Of a stretch of DNA of 64,000 nt, positions 1 through 21,570 are shown one piece after another. Made by a program: the position numbers and the translations under genes. The DNA lies in NCBI RefSeq assembly GCF_009914755.1, contig NC_060926.1, one strand, 5' to 3'. This DNA comes from the human T2T-CHM13v2.0 reference genome, Homo sapiens. Every line of letters begins with the position of its first letter. The stretch's first letter is position 1. The notes beneath the pieces are model-generated. The model worked only from the letters and a program-made list of their open reading frames with translations. It did no database searches and had not been told where the DNA came from.

Positions 1-2760
<2,760 letters not shown>

Positions 2761-2852
2761 CCTTCAGCCTCTCTTGTGTCTCCACAGGATCCACTTCCCT
2801 TCATCTCACATGAATGCCGGAGGAAAAGGAAGAGAAATTCACCTAAGCAGCT

Positions 2853-4580
2853 ATGTCTCTTTCTCTCCCAAACTTTCATTGCTTCCTAACTAGCCTTGTT
2901 ACAGACCTTCAGTGGTATCCTTATGAAACTCTCATTATACATCCTGATCAGCTCCTTACTATTCCACGGGATTTATGGCTTCAAGGAACCTTCCAGGACT
3001 TTATTCCTACCCAAACTTTTTCCTCCTTTTGTTGTTTCTTTCTATCTAAATTCCCTAATCACATCAACCTCACCGATACAACCACTCCTCACTGCTATCA
3101 AACTAGAACGTTCTATAAACCTTACACAACCCCTCTTGCTGCAAGCTAACTCTTCCTTTGCTCCAGAATGCTGGATGTGTTTATCGCTGTCTTCTTCAGC
3201 TTATACATCCCTTCCTACACCCCTTCATGACCTTTTAACAGAAAACGTAACCCTAATCTATAAACTCCAAAAAGGAGCTTCCTTTTTTGAAAGAGCTGAC
3301 AGTCTGGTTGGCGATTATCCCACTTCCAAGGTCAATCAGGCCAACACATTATTTCAAACCTATTACAACTCCCTACAACGCCTTAAGCCACAAGGCCCTC
3401 CCATTGAAGGGCCCATAATTAAACACACCCCACTTTTACAACAAGCCTCACTTTGCTTTTCAGCCTCTGAGGGAAATTTCCGTGTAAGATCCTTAAACCT
3501 AACCAATGCAACCGCATTATCATTGTTAAACACCCTGCTGACCATCAAACTAACCGAGTTGACTACCAAGTATCACCTGAAACGAATGGAGCATTTCTGC
3601 AACCTGTTCGTTTTGCAGCCTCTCCCTCAACCAATGCCTCTGGCCTAATTTGTGCTGCCCCTAGCGCCCACCTTTATCCATGGCTCAACATCAATGCAAT
3701 GGTGCAACATCAAATCGTATTAAATGTGTAAAAAATAACTCTTCCTATATCGCTACTATAGTGGGTGTCTCCTTGACCTCCTCCTTGACCACCTGGAGTA
3801 ATGAACCATAGGAAAGAAAAAACACCCATCTTTAATTCACTTGTTTTCTTTCTGTATCTCCAACTGTATTTATGACAAAGGCTTATTTTTTGTGTGAGTG
3901 GCACCAACACATATCTTTGTCTCCCCACTAACTGGACTGGAACCTGTACCCTAGTTTATCTTTCTCCCTCCATTGGACTAATTCCTCCTAGCCAACCTTT
4001 GCCCATTCCATCCATCCAATACGTTAGGAAGAGGAGGGCCATCCACGTCATTCCTTTAATGGCTGCCTTGGATATAACCTCCAGACTTGGATTGGGAGCA
4101 GGCAGATTGGCCACTCCCTTAACATACTTTAAAGCTCTTTCCACAGAATTACAGGGTTCTTTAGAAGATATAGCCTGAAGCATTATAAGAGTCCAAGACA
4201 AACTAGACTCCTCGGCTGGAGTAGTCCTCCAAAACAGATGGGGACTAGATCTAATAATGGCTGAAAAAAGGGACCTCTGCCTCTCATTGGGTGAGGAATG
4301 TTGCTTTTATCTCAACCAATTGGGCCTAGTAAGAAACGCTGATGAAAAACTTAAAGAAAGGGCTAAAAAGCTAAGGGAGTATCAAAACAACCAACTAGAT
4401 TCTTGGTTTGGGAACAAAATCATAATATGGGTCATCCCATTCCTGGGCCCCCTCTTAATGATAAGCCTAAGACTATTGTTCTTACCCTGCGTAGTTAATC
4501 TTATTCAAATATTTTTAACTGACAGGATCATGGCCATTTCACAGACAACTACCAAAAACATCCACCGACAGCATTACCCC
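2853..4580 (+). pseudogene. Defective ERV env (SU-TM), no 3' LTR
   Basis: SU CXXC motif (CWMC), furin site RKRR/AIHVIPL, fusion peptide, immunosuppressive domain LQNRWGLDL, CX6CC (CLSLGEECC) and TM anchor (WVIPFLGPLL). Split over several frames, with an in-frame stop at 4176-4178. Confidence 0.93.
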
Positions 4581-4609
4581 TTCTTCTTTCTTCAGCACTT
4601 AAAATCTTA

Positions 4610-4852
<243 letters not shown>

Positions 4853-6109
4853 TCAGAGGAGATCCTCCCACCTCAGCCTCCCAGGTAGCTGGGATTACAG
4901 GCATGTGCCACCATACCTGGCTAATTCTTTTTATTTTTAGTAGAGACAGGGTCTCTTCATGTTACCCAGTCTGGTCTCGAACTCCTGGACCCAAGCCATC
5001 CTCCCACCTTGGCCTCCCAAAGTGCTGGGGATCACAGGCGCAAGCCACAGCACCCAGCCAACTTTTTTCTTTATAAAACTATATACTTACCGTTCTCCTC
5101 TGGCCTCTAATACTTTTTCATCCCTCCTCTGGTTCCTTTTTCCACCTTAGAGTGCTCATTGTTGATGCGTCACTAACCTCTCCTTTTCCTCCTCCAGACT
5201 CAAAACCTCAGGAAGTACATCTCCTTACACCCTCATCCTAGCTGTTATTCCTTACTGATGATAAGCCACCTGCAAATGGAAGTTTAAATACCACCTAAAA
5301 CTAAACATATCCAAACTGCTGTCTTCTCTCTAAGCCCTTAACTCCTTAACTTCCTTAACACCATTAGTGCCATGGTTCTTGACTGCATCCTGTTCAAAGT
5401 GAAGCAATCTTCAAATCCTTTCTCCTTTACCTCTCCTTCATGCTTTCACTCAGCTACGGGGAACCTATTCCCTCAAGTCATGTCCACTCTTCCTTTACAG
5501 TCTTTCTCACACATTCTCCTCATCCCTCCTGACTGCCACAGTAATCGTGGCTGAGGGCACCTCATGTGCAGAACTCTCTTCTCTCCATCCAAGCATCCAC
5601 ATCAAGAACCATGTTTCTTCAATACATCTATCTACTGCTCAGAATATACTGGTGGCTCATAATGGCTCCTACTGCCATCTTACTGTCATTTCTGACTATA
5701 TTTACATCTTTGCCTTTCTCTTCAGTTAATTGACATAGCATTTGACCTTTTTTTAATCCAAGTTTTTATGCTATTTTAACCTTACTTGTCTGCAAAATAA
5801 TACACTTCTCTTGAAAACACTTCTACAGTGAAAACAGCCCAATTCCTTGCCAGTCTTGTACAAAATAATGCCCTTAACCTAATTACTCTAGCGATACCCC
5901 CAAAGTGCTTTATGTTTACAGTGTAGCATGTGCACATAGTCAAAGATTTCTCGACACATCTAAAATTATTTGTTTATAGATTTCAAGCTTTCTGCTTCTG
6001 AAACTCTGCTCAAATAAGGGTGTACAATACTCTACAAGTATTAAGAACAATAAATAAGTCTGAAATAAAACTTCAGATCAAAATATGTTCAATGCATAAT
6101 GATACTCAC

Positions 6110-6144
6110 CTTTTTGCCTTCCTTTGATTATTTCTGAGACCATT
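6110..6144 (-). CDS. EIF2AK2: PKR exon 9 (35 nt; NGLRNNQRKAK)
   Basis: ttatag|AATGGT...AAAAG|gtgag; in frame with neighbouring exons. Confidence 0.95.
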
Positions 6145-7396
6145 CTATAACAAAAGAAAATGAGAAATAGTTTCAGATGACTAAATCAGTCATCTTCCTT
6201 TCCCGTTTTCCTTCCTCCTGTATATCTAGATGGCTCTCTGACCAATTTCTTAGTCCATCAATGTCTGTACTCTCATCAAGCCCTGTATCAACACTTAGTA
6301 TTGTAAGACTTAACTTTTTGCCAATCTAATGAGTTTAAAATAGTATCTAATTGTTTTGATTTAAATTTTCCTGATTCCTAGTAAAGCAGCTTTTAATATT
6401 TGTTGCCCATTTGGGTATCTCTTCTCTGAATATCTGTTTATACATTTTGTACACTTTTCTACTGAGCTGCTTGCCATTTTCTTATTGATTTGTAGTTCTT
6501 TATAACAGAATACTCTTGTAACACTAATCACCAAAAGCATGGATTTTGCTCTAAGTTCAACATTGCCTGCTTATGTGCACAAAAAAATTGTCTGGTTTTT
6601 GTTTGTTTGTTTGTTTTTGCGATGAGGGTCTCACTATGTTGCCTAGGCTGGTCTCAAACTCCTGGGCTAAAGCGATCCTCCTACCTTGGCCTCTCAAGTG
6701 CTGCAGGCTACAGGCATGTGCCACTGCACCAGCCTAAAAAATTATCTGATTTCAAGTTTACTTTTAAGTTTAATTCTAATTTTTAAAAACAGAAACGAAC
6801 TATATTAGTGAATCTTTAAATATTATCCCATTGGTAGGAGAGAAAAGCAAAATCATAGGAATATACTAAAATATAAGGATGAGTGAGGAAAGACAGAAGT
6901 GACGTGTGGAAGGGTAAGGAATGGAACTTAATTTTAAAAAAAGTCAAAAAGCTGCCGAGCCGGGCGCGGTGGCTCATGCCTGTAATCCCAGCACTTGGGG
7001 AGGCCGAGGTGGGCAGAACACGAGGTCAGGAGTTCGAGACCAGCCTGAACAACATGGTGAAACCCCGTCTCTACTAAAAGTACAAAAATTAGCCAGGTGT
7101 GGTACACGCGCATGTAATCCCAGCTACTCAGGAGGCTGAGGCAGGAGAATCGCTTGAACCAGGAGGTGGAGGTGGTAATTAGCCAAGATCTCACCACTGC
7201 ACTCCAGCCTGGGCAACAGAGGGAGACTCCATCTCAAAAAAAAAAAAAAAAAAAGTCTACTGAGGTATTATCATTTAGTAAGAGTGCATAAGATAAAAAA
7301 TATAAAAATTATGGTGGAATACTGGAAGTTATTTTTAAATGAGGAAACGCACAGAAAAATAAGATTAAGTAGGAAGCTTCGAGACTAATACGATAC

Positions 7397-7490
7397 CATA
7401 AGCAACGAAGAACTGTTTAAACTGTCACTGTTAGAATTTATCTCTGATGTATCTGCTGAGAAGTCACCTTCAGATGATGATTCAGAAGCG
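7397..7490 (-). CDS. EIF2AK2: PKR exon 8 (94 nt; [31 protein letters not shown])
   Basis: AG/GT boundaries; Ser-rich PKR linker. Confidence 0.96.
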
Positions 7491-7634
7491 CTAGAAGAAA
7501 AGGGTGTAACTATTAGTTTATTAATTCTGTTTTTATCACTTATTTCTTTCCCTAAATTCTCCTTAAACATAAAAATCTGTCTTTCAGACAGAAATATGAA
7601 TATGTTAAGTATCTCAATTGTTTGTCTACACTTA

Positions 7635-7754
<120 letters not shown>

Positions 7755-7830
7755 TTATTTCTCTACAGAGGCTCAGTTTCTATGTACTATCACATTTATT
7801 TCAACACATTTACCAAATCCACAACCATAA

Positions 7831-8555
<725 letters not shown>

Positions 8556-8700
8556 CTACCCTGAGTTGCCACCAGAAATTTTATCCCTCTGAGGCCTCAT
8601 GGCCCCATGGTGCATGGCTCATCGGTACGACACAGAATGGAGGAATCATTTTGCTAAATCACTGGCTGTCTTGGCATAATGTTAACACAGTCTAACCTCA

Positions 8701-8907
<207 letters not shown>

Positions 8908-10677
8908 TTATCCAAACATGAAAAATATAGCAAATCCAACTTAGGATTCAAAAAAAATAACATATTAACAGAGATCTTAAGATAACACCAATTTATTAGA
9001 TAGATTTATAGTTCATATCTTGCATAATTTAAACCCTCAGTAACATGCCTGACCAATTTCTCTGAATACCCAGGATCAGCTGACATCTGAGCTTGCATTT
9101 TCCAGGCAATTTCTAATTTTTTGTTGCTTTGCTGAAAGATCTGGCACAAAGGCACTAAGTGGTGATTTTTTTTTTTAATTCCCCAAAGGTCAAAAGATAC
9201 GGAGGTAGAAAAGAAAGAAAGAGATCCAGTGAATTTTTTCAGAGGTGCTCAAATGGGAAGGAAAAAGCCAGCAGAGAAAGTAGGCTTCCACAGGAGAAGC
9301 TATGAGGTTATAGTGTAGGGGAAGAGCAAAGCATGGATTCTGCTCTAACTTCACCATTGTCTGCCATCTGCTCATGTGCACAAAAATTTGAGAAAATCCC
9401 CACAGTGCAGATTCCCTATACTAAAGTCCACACTCTCCTCCTATTAGATGTAAGGACATTTGTGGTTAGGCAAGGATACTTGGACAATTATATAATAACT
9501 ATTTTTAAGGGATAAAACAATGGACATGGCAATTTATATCACAGGGTTACTATCTATTACTGAAAAATGATTCCAGTATTTGAACTCCTTTTGCTTTATG
9601 TTTCTGTTGGAAGCCATCGAGAGAAACACATCCAAACAGGGTGAGTCTTCCCCGCTAGACCCTGAATTAAATAGCTGGGTTGAGTGACTGGATCATTTCT
9701 ATAGCTCCTATTTTTTTCAGATACTGCCCCCCCCCGCAAACAGATTTCTTCTTTCTTTTAGGTATCTAATGTTAGCATAATTTAAAGAAACCAAAAAAGT
9801 GAGCTACAGAAAATAAAATCATCTCTTAATTATTGAGATTGACTCACAGATTCACTTTTGACTATTTCATTCCAATGAATACTATAACATTTTTCTCTTC
9901 CTGGTTTTGGCTCAAAAGCCATGACTGTAAATAGCTGAGTCAATTCATAGAAGTGTATCCTAAAGTGATGATTTGAACTATTTGCCATGTAGATATTTTT
10001 TTTCTTCTTTCTCTTTAACTGGTTGGTTGTAGTTGAAAAACAATTGCCTCATACTCATTTGATTTCTGCTTTTTTCAGTTCCAATCCATTCTTTATCCTA
10101 TTTCCACACATCTTAGCTCACTGGTGATGTTCTCAGTAACTTTGAAACTCTAGTTCATCTGTCTCATCAGATCCCTCAAATCCCGGTCTCCTCATAGTCT
10201 AGGGCTAAAGCTCATTCCTTCTGATACATGGTATTTGTTCATTTAATCAAATTTGAAGGACAAATACCTGGACAAAGAGCTCCCTGATCTGACAAGGGTG
10301 AAGAGTGATTCTATACATGTGGCAGAGAGGTTTTCAGACAGTTACCACCATCATGTCCTCAATGATGAAAAGATTTCTGTATTCTTCGAGCAGTGGCACC
10401 CTGTACTCTCTTGGGTGTTCCACAGACTAAACCACCCAGCTACTTCTCTGAAATAAAGGATTACCCTAATTTGATCAATTATGGTAAATGGGTTCCATGG
10501 CTTCAGCAATTAAGCATTTTAATTACAAATTATAAATCCAATTACTTATCAATCATGTAAAACCTTGCATACAGAATGCTTAAAAGGACACATATTTCTG
10601 GAAAATTAGACACGAAAATAAACCAACTTTATTGCTTAAATACAATGAAACAGAAAGAAAAGCCAAATTATGTCTTA

Positions 10678-10827
<150 letters not shown>

Positions 10828-11187
10828 CTACAAAGAAAAAAAATTCCTGTTTAATATAAATGACAACAAAGATTTAACCTTTTAAAAATCATTCTTCTAA
10901 TAAAATTACTAAATGAGCAATTTGAAAGACAACTTGGATGTTATATATTTTCCTATTATATTACCTTGAGCAAAAGTGTGACTACGTATCTCCCTCTACC
11001 AGAAAAAAATCGACGAAGATAGATTTTAACAACAGGAAAGAAGTCACTTTTTCTTGTTTGTCCTTGGAAAGTACTATAACACTTTCTAGCTTGTTATACC
11101 CTTTCTAATCTCAAAAAACAAGGCAAGAGATATTACAGTAAAGCTGTATACTGGATCATAACTTAATGAAAAAGATGAATATAATAG

Positions 11188-11439
<252 letters not shown>

Positions 11440-12071
11440 TAGAGACAGCGTTTGGCCATATTGCCCAGGCTGTTCTCGAACTCCTAAGCTCAAGTTATCT
11501 GCCCGCCTCAGCCTTCCAAAATGCTAGGATTAGAGGTGTGAGCCACCACACCCGGCTGAGTTTTGCTATTTTATTAATCTTGTCAAAAAACTAGCTTTTG
11601 GTTTTATTGATCTTTTTTTTTTATTTTTTATTTCTTTTATAGTAATTTCAACCATTGTTATTTTCTTTCTTCTGCTTTTTGGGGGTAAAACATTCTGTTT
11701 TTTGTTTTTTCTAACTTCTTGACTCAATTTTCTACCTCATTAATAATTATACTTTGCACTTTTGCTTGAGTTAAAAAAAAATTGGTTAGAAGGGTATCTT
11801 TAAGTAGATTTTTCAAGAAAGAACCTTGAAACCTAAATTTTCCCAACATTTTCCAAATCTGAGAATGGCCCTCTGGTGTCTAAAATGTAAATGACTTCAT
11901 GTTTCATTTTATAAGCATTGCTACACTATCTCCTGGTTTATAATGTTGCTGTGCACAGCATGAAATTTTAAAAATTTTTACATTTTACATAGTTTTCCTC
12001 TTCTCTCTAGATGCTTATAAAATTCTTTCCTCATCTCTGGAGCACAGTACTTTCATAAGAATCAATGTTGG

Positions 12072-12362
12072 GGCCGGGCGCGGTGGCTCACACCTGTAAT
12101 CCCAGCACTTTGGGAGACCAAAGCGAGTGGATCACGAGGTCAGGAGTTAAACACCAGCCTGGCCAACATAGTGAAACCCTGTCTCTACTAAAAATATCAA
12201 AAAATTAGCTGGCCGTGGTGGTGGGTGCCTGTAATCTCAGCTACTCAGGAGGCTGAGGCAGAGAATTGCTTGAACATGGGAGGCGGAGGTTGCAGTGAGA
12301 TTGTGCCACTGCACTCCAGCCTGGACAACAGAGCGAGACTCTGTCTCAAAAAAAAAAAAAAA
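12072..12362 (+). mobile_element. AluS (Sg-like)
   Basis: Full Alu; TSD AAGAATCAATGTTGG at 12057-12071 and 12363-12377. Confidence 0.93.
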
Positions 12363-12569
12363 AAGAATCAATGTTGGTCTGGGTGGTTCTAAATTTTCCT
12401 GTATCTATTAAGTTGTTTTAATCTGCAGTCAAGTCTTTCTTTATTTCATAAACATTGTCTGCTGAAATCTCTTCAGATCATTTTCTTCTGCACTATTTAC
12501 TCTGTTCTTATTTTCCGGGATACCAGTCACATGTATATTGGTTCTCCATTACCTGCTCTCTGTAAACAC

Positions 12570-15575
<3,006 letters not shown>

Positions 15576-15882
15576 TGACCACTGTACATTATTCTCCCTA
15601 CAATCACTTTCATCTCTTTTTCCTTTTTTACTGTACTTCCTCATTTAGGTGGAGGGGACTCCTCCCAGAACCTGTCAGCTCATTTCCCACTGAACACTTC
15701 TCACCTTTCCATATTTGTTCAACTTTAGAGTATTTAACTGCTGCTGACACTCTAAATAACTATTATCCAGCTTTGCCCATGGTGTCCTAGGTGTGGCTCT
15801 CACTCAGGGTTTCATAGAAATGAAGATAGGGTGAATGACTTAACCAAACTCTTGAATGTAAGGGAACGTGTGAATGGCTTTA

Positions 15883-16119
<237 letters not shown>

Positions 16120-16420
16120 TTATACAACTCATGCACTATCTAAAAACAAGTACTCTAGTCATCACTACCTCCTATGACTACCTTTGAGGGTTTGAACCTA
16201 CATTCAATATAGCATTTAAGCAGTCACCTCAAACAGTAAAGCAGCATGTCTTGTTGAAGCATGGAAAGGTTTCTACCCTCTTTTCTCTCTGGAGTCAACT
16301 GTGGCTCCACCATGGTTCCCACTTTATGCCAAGAGCACTCTCACAAAACTAAAGTGTTGACCTCAAAGTTGTGCCAGAGTTGCCATTCCCCCAGCTTACA
16401 TTTATAAGGTCATATCTTTT

Positions 16421-16779
16421 TTCTTTTTTTTTTAATTTTATTATTATTATACTTTAAGTTTTAGGGTACATGTGCACAACGTGCAGGTTACATATGTATA
16501 CATGTGCCATGTTGGTGTGCTGCACCCATTAACTCGTCATTTAGCATTAGGTATATCTCCTAATGCTATCCCTCCCCCCTCCCCCCACCCCACAACAGTC
16601 CCTGGTGTGTGATGTTCCCCTTCCTGTGTCCATGTGTTCTCATTGCTCAGTTCTCACCTATGAGTGAGAACATGCGGTGTTTGGTTTTTTTGTCCTTGCG
16701 ATAGTTTGCTGAGAATAATGGTTTCCAGCTTCATCCATGTCCCTACAAAGGACATGAACTCATCATTTTTTATGGCTGC
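16421..16779 (-). mobile_element. 5'-truncated young L1PA 3' end (about 360 bp)
   Basis: Near-consensus L1PA 3'UTR with G-rich tract and poly(A); TSD CATATC(T/A)TTT at 16411-16420 and 16780-16789; lacks the L1HS-Ta ACA diagnostic. Confidence 0.93.
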
Positions 16780-16803
16780 CATATCATTTTTTATAGCAAC
16801 CTA

Positions 16804-17055
<252 letters not shown>

Positions 17056-17973
17056 TCAGTCTCACATAAATGCAGAGACTTTCTTTCAAAACCGTTCTTT
17101 CTTTCTCATTCACTGCACAATAAAGTTAATTTCTCCAAAATTTTCTACTTTAAAAACTCAACTTGGCCAGGTGTGGTGGCTCACGCCTATAATCCCAGCC
17201 AAGGTGGGCGGATCACCTGAGCTCAGGAGTTCGAGACCAGCCTGGGCAACATGGCGAAACCCCATCTCAATTTTGAAATTGTTTTAAAAAATAAAGGAAA
17301 GAAAAAAAACTCAACTGGTCAGTGAAAGGGGGTCCTTCTCTTTAACTCTGCTCTGTGCTTCCACTGAGTATCAACTACATGTTTGCCTACCTGCTTAAAA
17401 AAGTAAAAAGGCTGCAGGATTGTAGAATGTTTTATGTTGAGAAGAAAAAGATTTAGAGTATATATAATAAGTGAAGTGGAGTGGTAGCATGGGGACAGGC
17501 TGGGAAATGAACGGGCAGGCAAGTGTGCCTGTGTGGACGTGGATCCTGCCGGAAGCCAGGCGGAGGAGAGCTCAAGCTAAGGGTGATCAGCCCGTGACCT
17601 AGATCTCTAGACAAAATAAAACAAGGAAAATATGCTAGAATCAACAATGATGGATCGATAGTTGCAGTCCAGCTTCGTACTACAAATGAGTGCCATAAAA
17701 CCTACTATACTTGTCACACAGGTTTTAAGATGTTGCAAGAATTGTCATCAAATGACATGCTTTTACTTCAACTTAGAACTGGAAGGACACTTTCTAGGAA
17801 CAATACAATTTGCTTTCATCACATAAAAATTTATATTGACAGATTTGAGGATTTACAGAAGTCGTGTTGTGACCCATTTAACATACACAAAAAACTAGCC
17901 CCCCAAAATTTGCATGTAATTGACTTAGATGATGCCACTTTTCTGAGTGCAAAATTCGGAAGACCGCTTGTAC

Positions 17974-18140
17974 CTGGTTGGAAGCTTTGTCCAAAATGCA
18001 CGCAGATAATCACGGAAGTGTGGATGTTGATTCTGAAGACCGCCAGAGAAGCAAACCTGAGTCAGATGGAAGAACTGCTAAAGTTTTGAGGTCATTACAA
18101 TTTACAAATCCAGGAAGGCAAACTGAATTTGCTCCAGAAA
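17974..18140 (-). other. EIF2AK2: EIF2AK2 non-coding 5'-UTR exon 2 (167 nt), lying within the antisense strand of the ARL14EP retrocopy
   Basis: Strong acceptor tcttttttctcttttaccag|TTTCTG and donor CCAACCAG|gtacaa. The junction to exon 3 reproduces the PKR 5'UTR as I recall it (AAGCTTCCAACCAG-GATACGGGAAGAAGAAATG). Confidence 0.88.
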
Positions 18141-18653
18141 CTGGTAAAAGAGAAAAAAGAAGGCTTAAAAAAATGCAACCGCTGGTTCAGACAGACGAGT
18201 GATACCAGCGAAGACTAAGGTCTATGATAGCCAGGGTCTCCTGATTTTTATTGGGATGGACCTCAATGCCTCGATGAAGATTGTTTAGGATGTTTCTATG
18301 CTTGTCGTGCCTGTGGTTCTACCAAGTGTGGAGCTGAATGCCACTGTGACCGCAAGTCACAAAGTATGAGCAAACTGAAATTGAAGGAGGAGAAATAATT
18401 CATTATAAACATGCTGGATAATCTGTGGTATCAAACTATGGGGCCTTTAAAGGTCTTTATTTCTAAAATTCGGTTACTCTAAGATACATTTTAAGCTTGA
18501 TTGTCAAATGACAAAGATTTTAAAAGCACCTCAATGTGCACGAATTTTTCATCTTGGGTGCTTTAAGATTCACTATTTGATATAAATTCAGATAGCCTAT
18601 TTCTCAGTAGTCAGCATTAAGCCTGCCTGGACCAATATAAACATGTAGGGTGT

Positions 18654-19711
18654 AGGCAGGTCCTCAATGTGCACGGTTCCCATGGGCACAAATTTCAGTG
18701 ACCTAGATTTAGTTTAAATACCAGTTTCCTTACCAGGAAGGAAAGGAAACTGGTAAGGAAACTGGTGTTGTTTAAACCTAGGTTAAAATTTTAGGTAGCA
18801 CAGTATAACTCTGAGTAATTACAGGAAGTACAAACTTCTCTGCTAGTTCTTCAGTCTACAAATCACGATGTAAATAACAGATATGCTTCATGATCAGTGA
18901 CCAGTCGTGTTACTTGTTTCAAATTCTTCCAGTGGTTGGTCCCTGTGCATCTGTTAATCAGTTCACTCACAGCAGAGCACGTAGTTACACTGTCTCTTTG
19001 TCCTCCACCTGACATTTTATAGAAGTGAACAATCGAAAGAACTGGCCAACAAAGATGAAAGTCCAACAAAGCAACGAAAAATGATAACACTGGAAGTGAA
19101 ATTTGAATCAAACATAAATGGATTTGTAGAAGAAGTCACTGATCATGGGAATGTTCTTCCTGCTGTGCATTCATAGGAGCTTAGTGAAGGCAAACTTATC
19201 AACACAAATAAGAAAAGTGATTGCAATAAAGATAAATATGTCCCAGAGGAAGTGACGGTAAAAAAAAAAAAAAACAAACTTCACACTAAAGAGCATTTAA
19301 TGTGAATACAGAAATACTTCACAACATTGAAAGCACAAGCAATAAAAGGCTGGAAGCTCACCCAAACTTAAAAGGAGTATGACAGTTTGCCATGAATAGA
19401 AAAGATGCTTACTCAGTATCATAAGTCACTTGGCAGAAAAAAAAGGCAATCCCTATTCAAACTACTTAGTTTTCACAATGAAATAAAACACTTTAATTCT
19501 ATTTTTAATGTTTTAAATTACAGTGTACTAAATATTTTTAAATTTTTTTTGCATTTTTTTCTACATTTATAACTGACCTTAAGAGTTTTAATATTTTAGC
19601 AGAATTTTAAAGGTCATGGAACAATCATCATTTTCCCCATTGATTATTAAGATTGCTTTGCATGGCCATTTTTATGGTCCCACAGTACCATGCAAAATGA
19701 GGACCGCTTGT
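18654..19711. mobile_element. Tigger-derived (MER82-like) DNA transposon remnant inside the retrocopy 3'UTR
   Basis: Imperfect terminal inverted repeats (AGGTCCTCAATGTGCACGG...CCATGCAAAATGAGGACC) bounded by TA; internal Tigger-like sequence. Confidence 0.6.
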
Positions 19712-20029
19712 AGCCGGGAACAACACAATGCTTGCTTCAGGGAAAACTGATTTACACAGAAGTGACTAGTTGAGTGGTAAACTATTTTGGAAATAATCTA
19801 CATATCTAAGTGCTGAAATATATTTCTCTTCTCCCCACGTATTCTTCAAATAAAAAAGTTTTAATACTTTAAAAAAGTGAAGTGTATGAAATCATGAAGG
19901 ATTTAACTGTATGGATATAGATTTCTCTATGAAATCCCAAAAATCTCCCCTCTGAATTTTGCAGAAATCAATTTTAGGACAATTTAACCACTGAGTAAAT
20001 TAAGACCTCTGTTTATAGGTCTCACTGGA

Positions 20030-21330
<1,301 letters not shown>

Positions 21331-21375
21331 TCAGATCCTGTAAACCTCTTAATTCTTCTTGGAAAGCTCTTTTGA

Positions 21376-21570
<195 letters not shown>

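Larger units (their letters stand above)
17479..19874 (+). pseudogene. ARL14EPP1: ARL14EP processed pseudogene (5'UTR, disrupted CDS 17647-18421, long 3'UTR)
   Basis: Intronless and frameshifted copy of ARL14EP ([17 protein letters not shown]...[12 protein letters not shown]...WKLCPKC...[26 protein letters not shown]...[10 protein letters not shown]). AATAAA at 19849-19854, short A-tail, TSD AAGTGAAGTG at 17469-17478 and 19875-19884. Confidence 0.92.

Noticed and set aside
17730-18202. Functional ARL14EP paralogue (ORFs of 119 and 74 aa)
   Set aside because: Early stop after the ATG, multiple frameshifts, no introns, and a TSD with A-tail: a processed pseudogene.
19260-19274. A-run as the poly(A) end of the ARL14EP retrocopy
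   Set aside because: It lies inside a Tigger-like element; the matching TSD and AATAAA are at 19849-19884.
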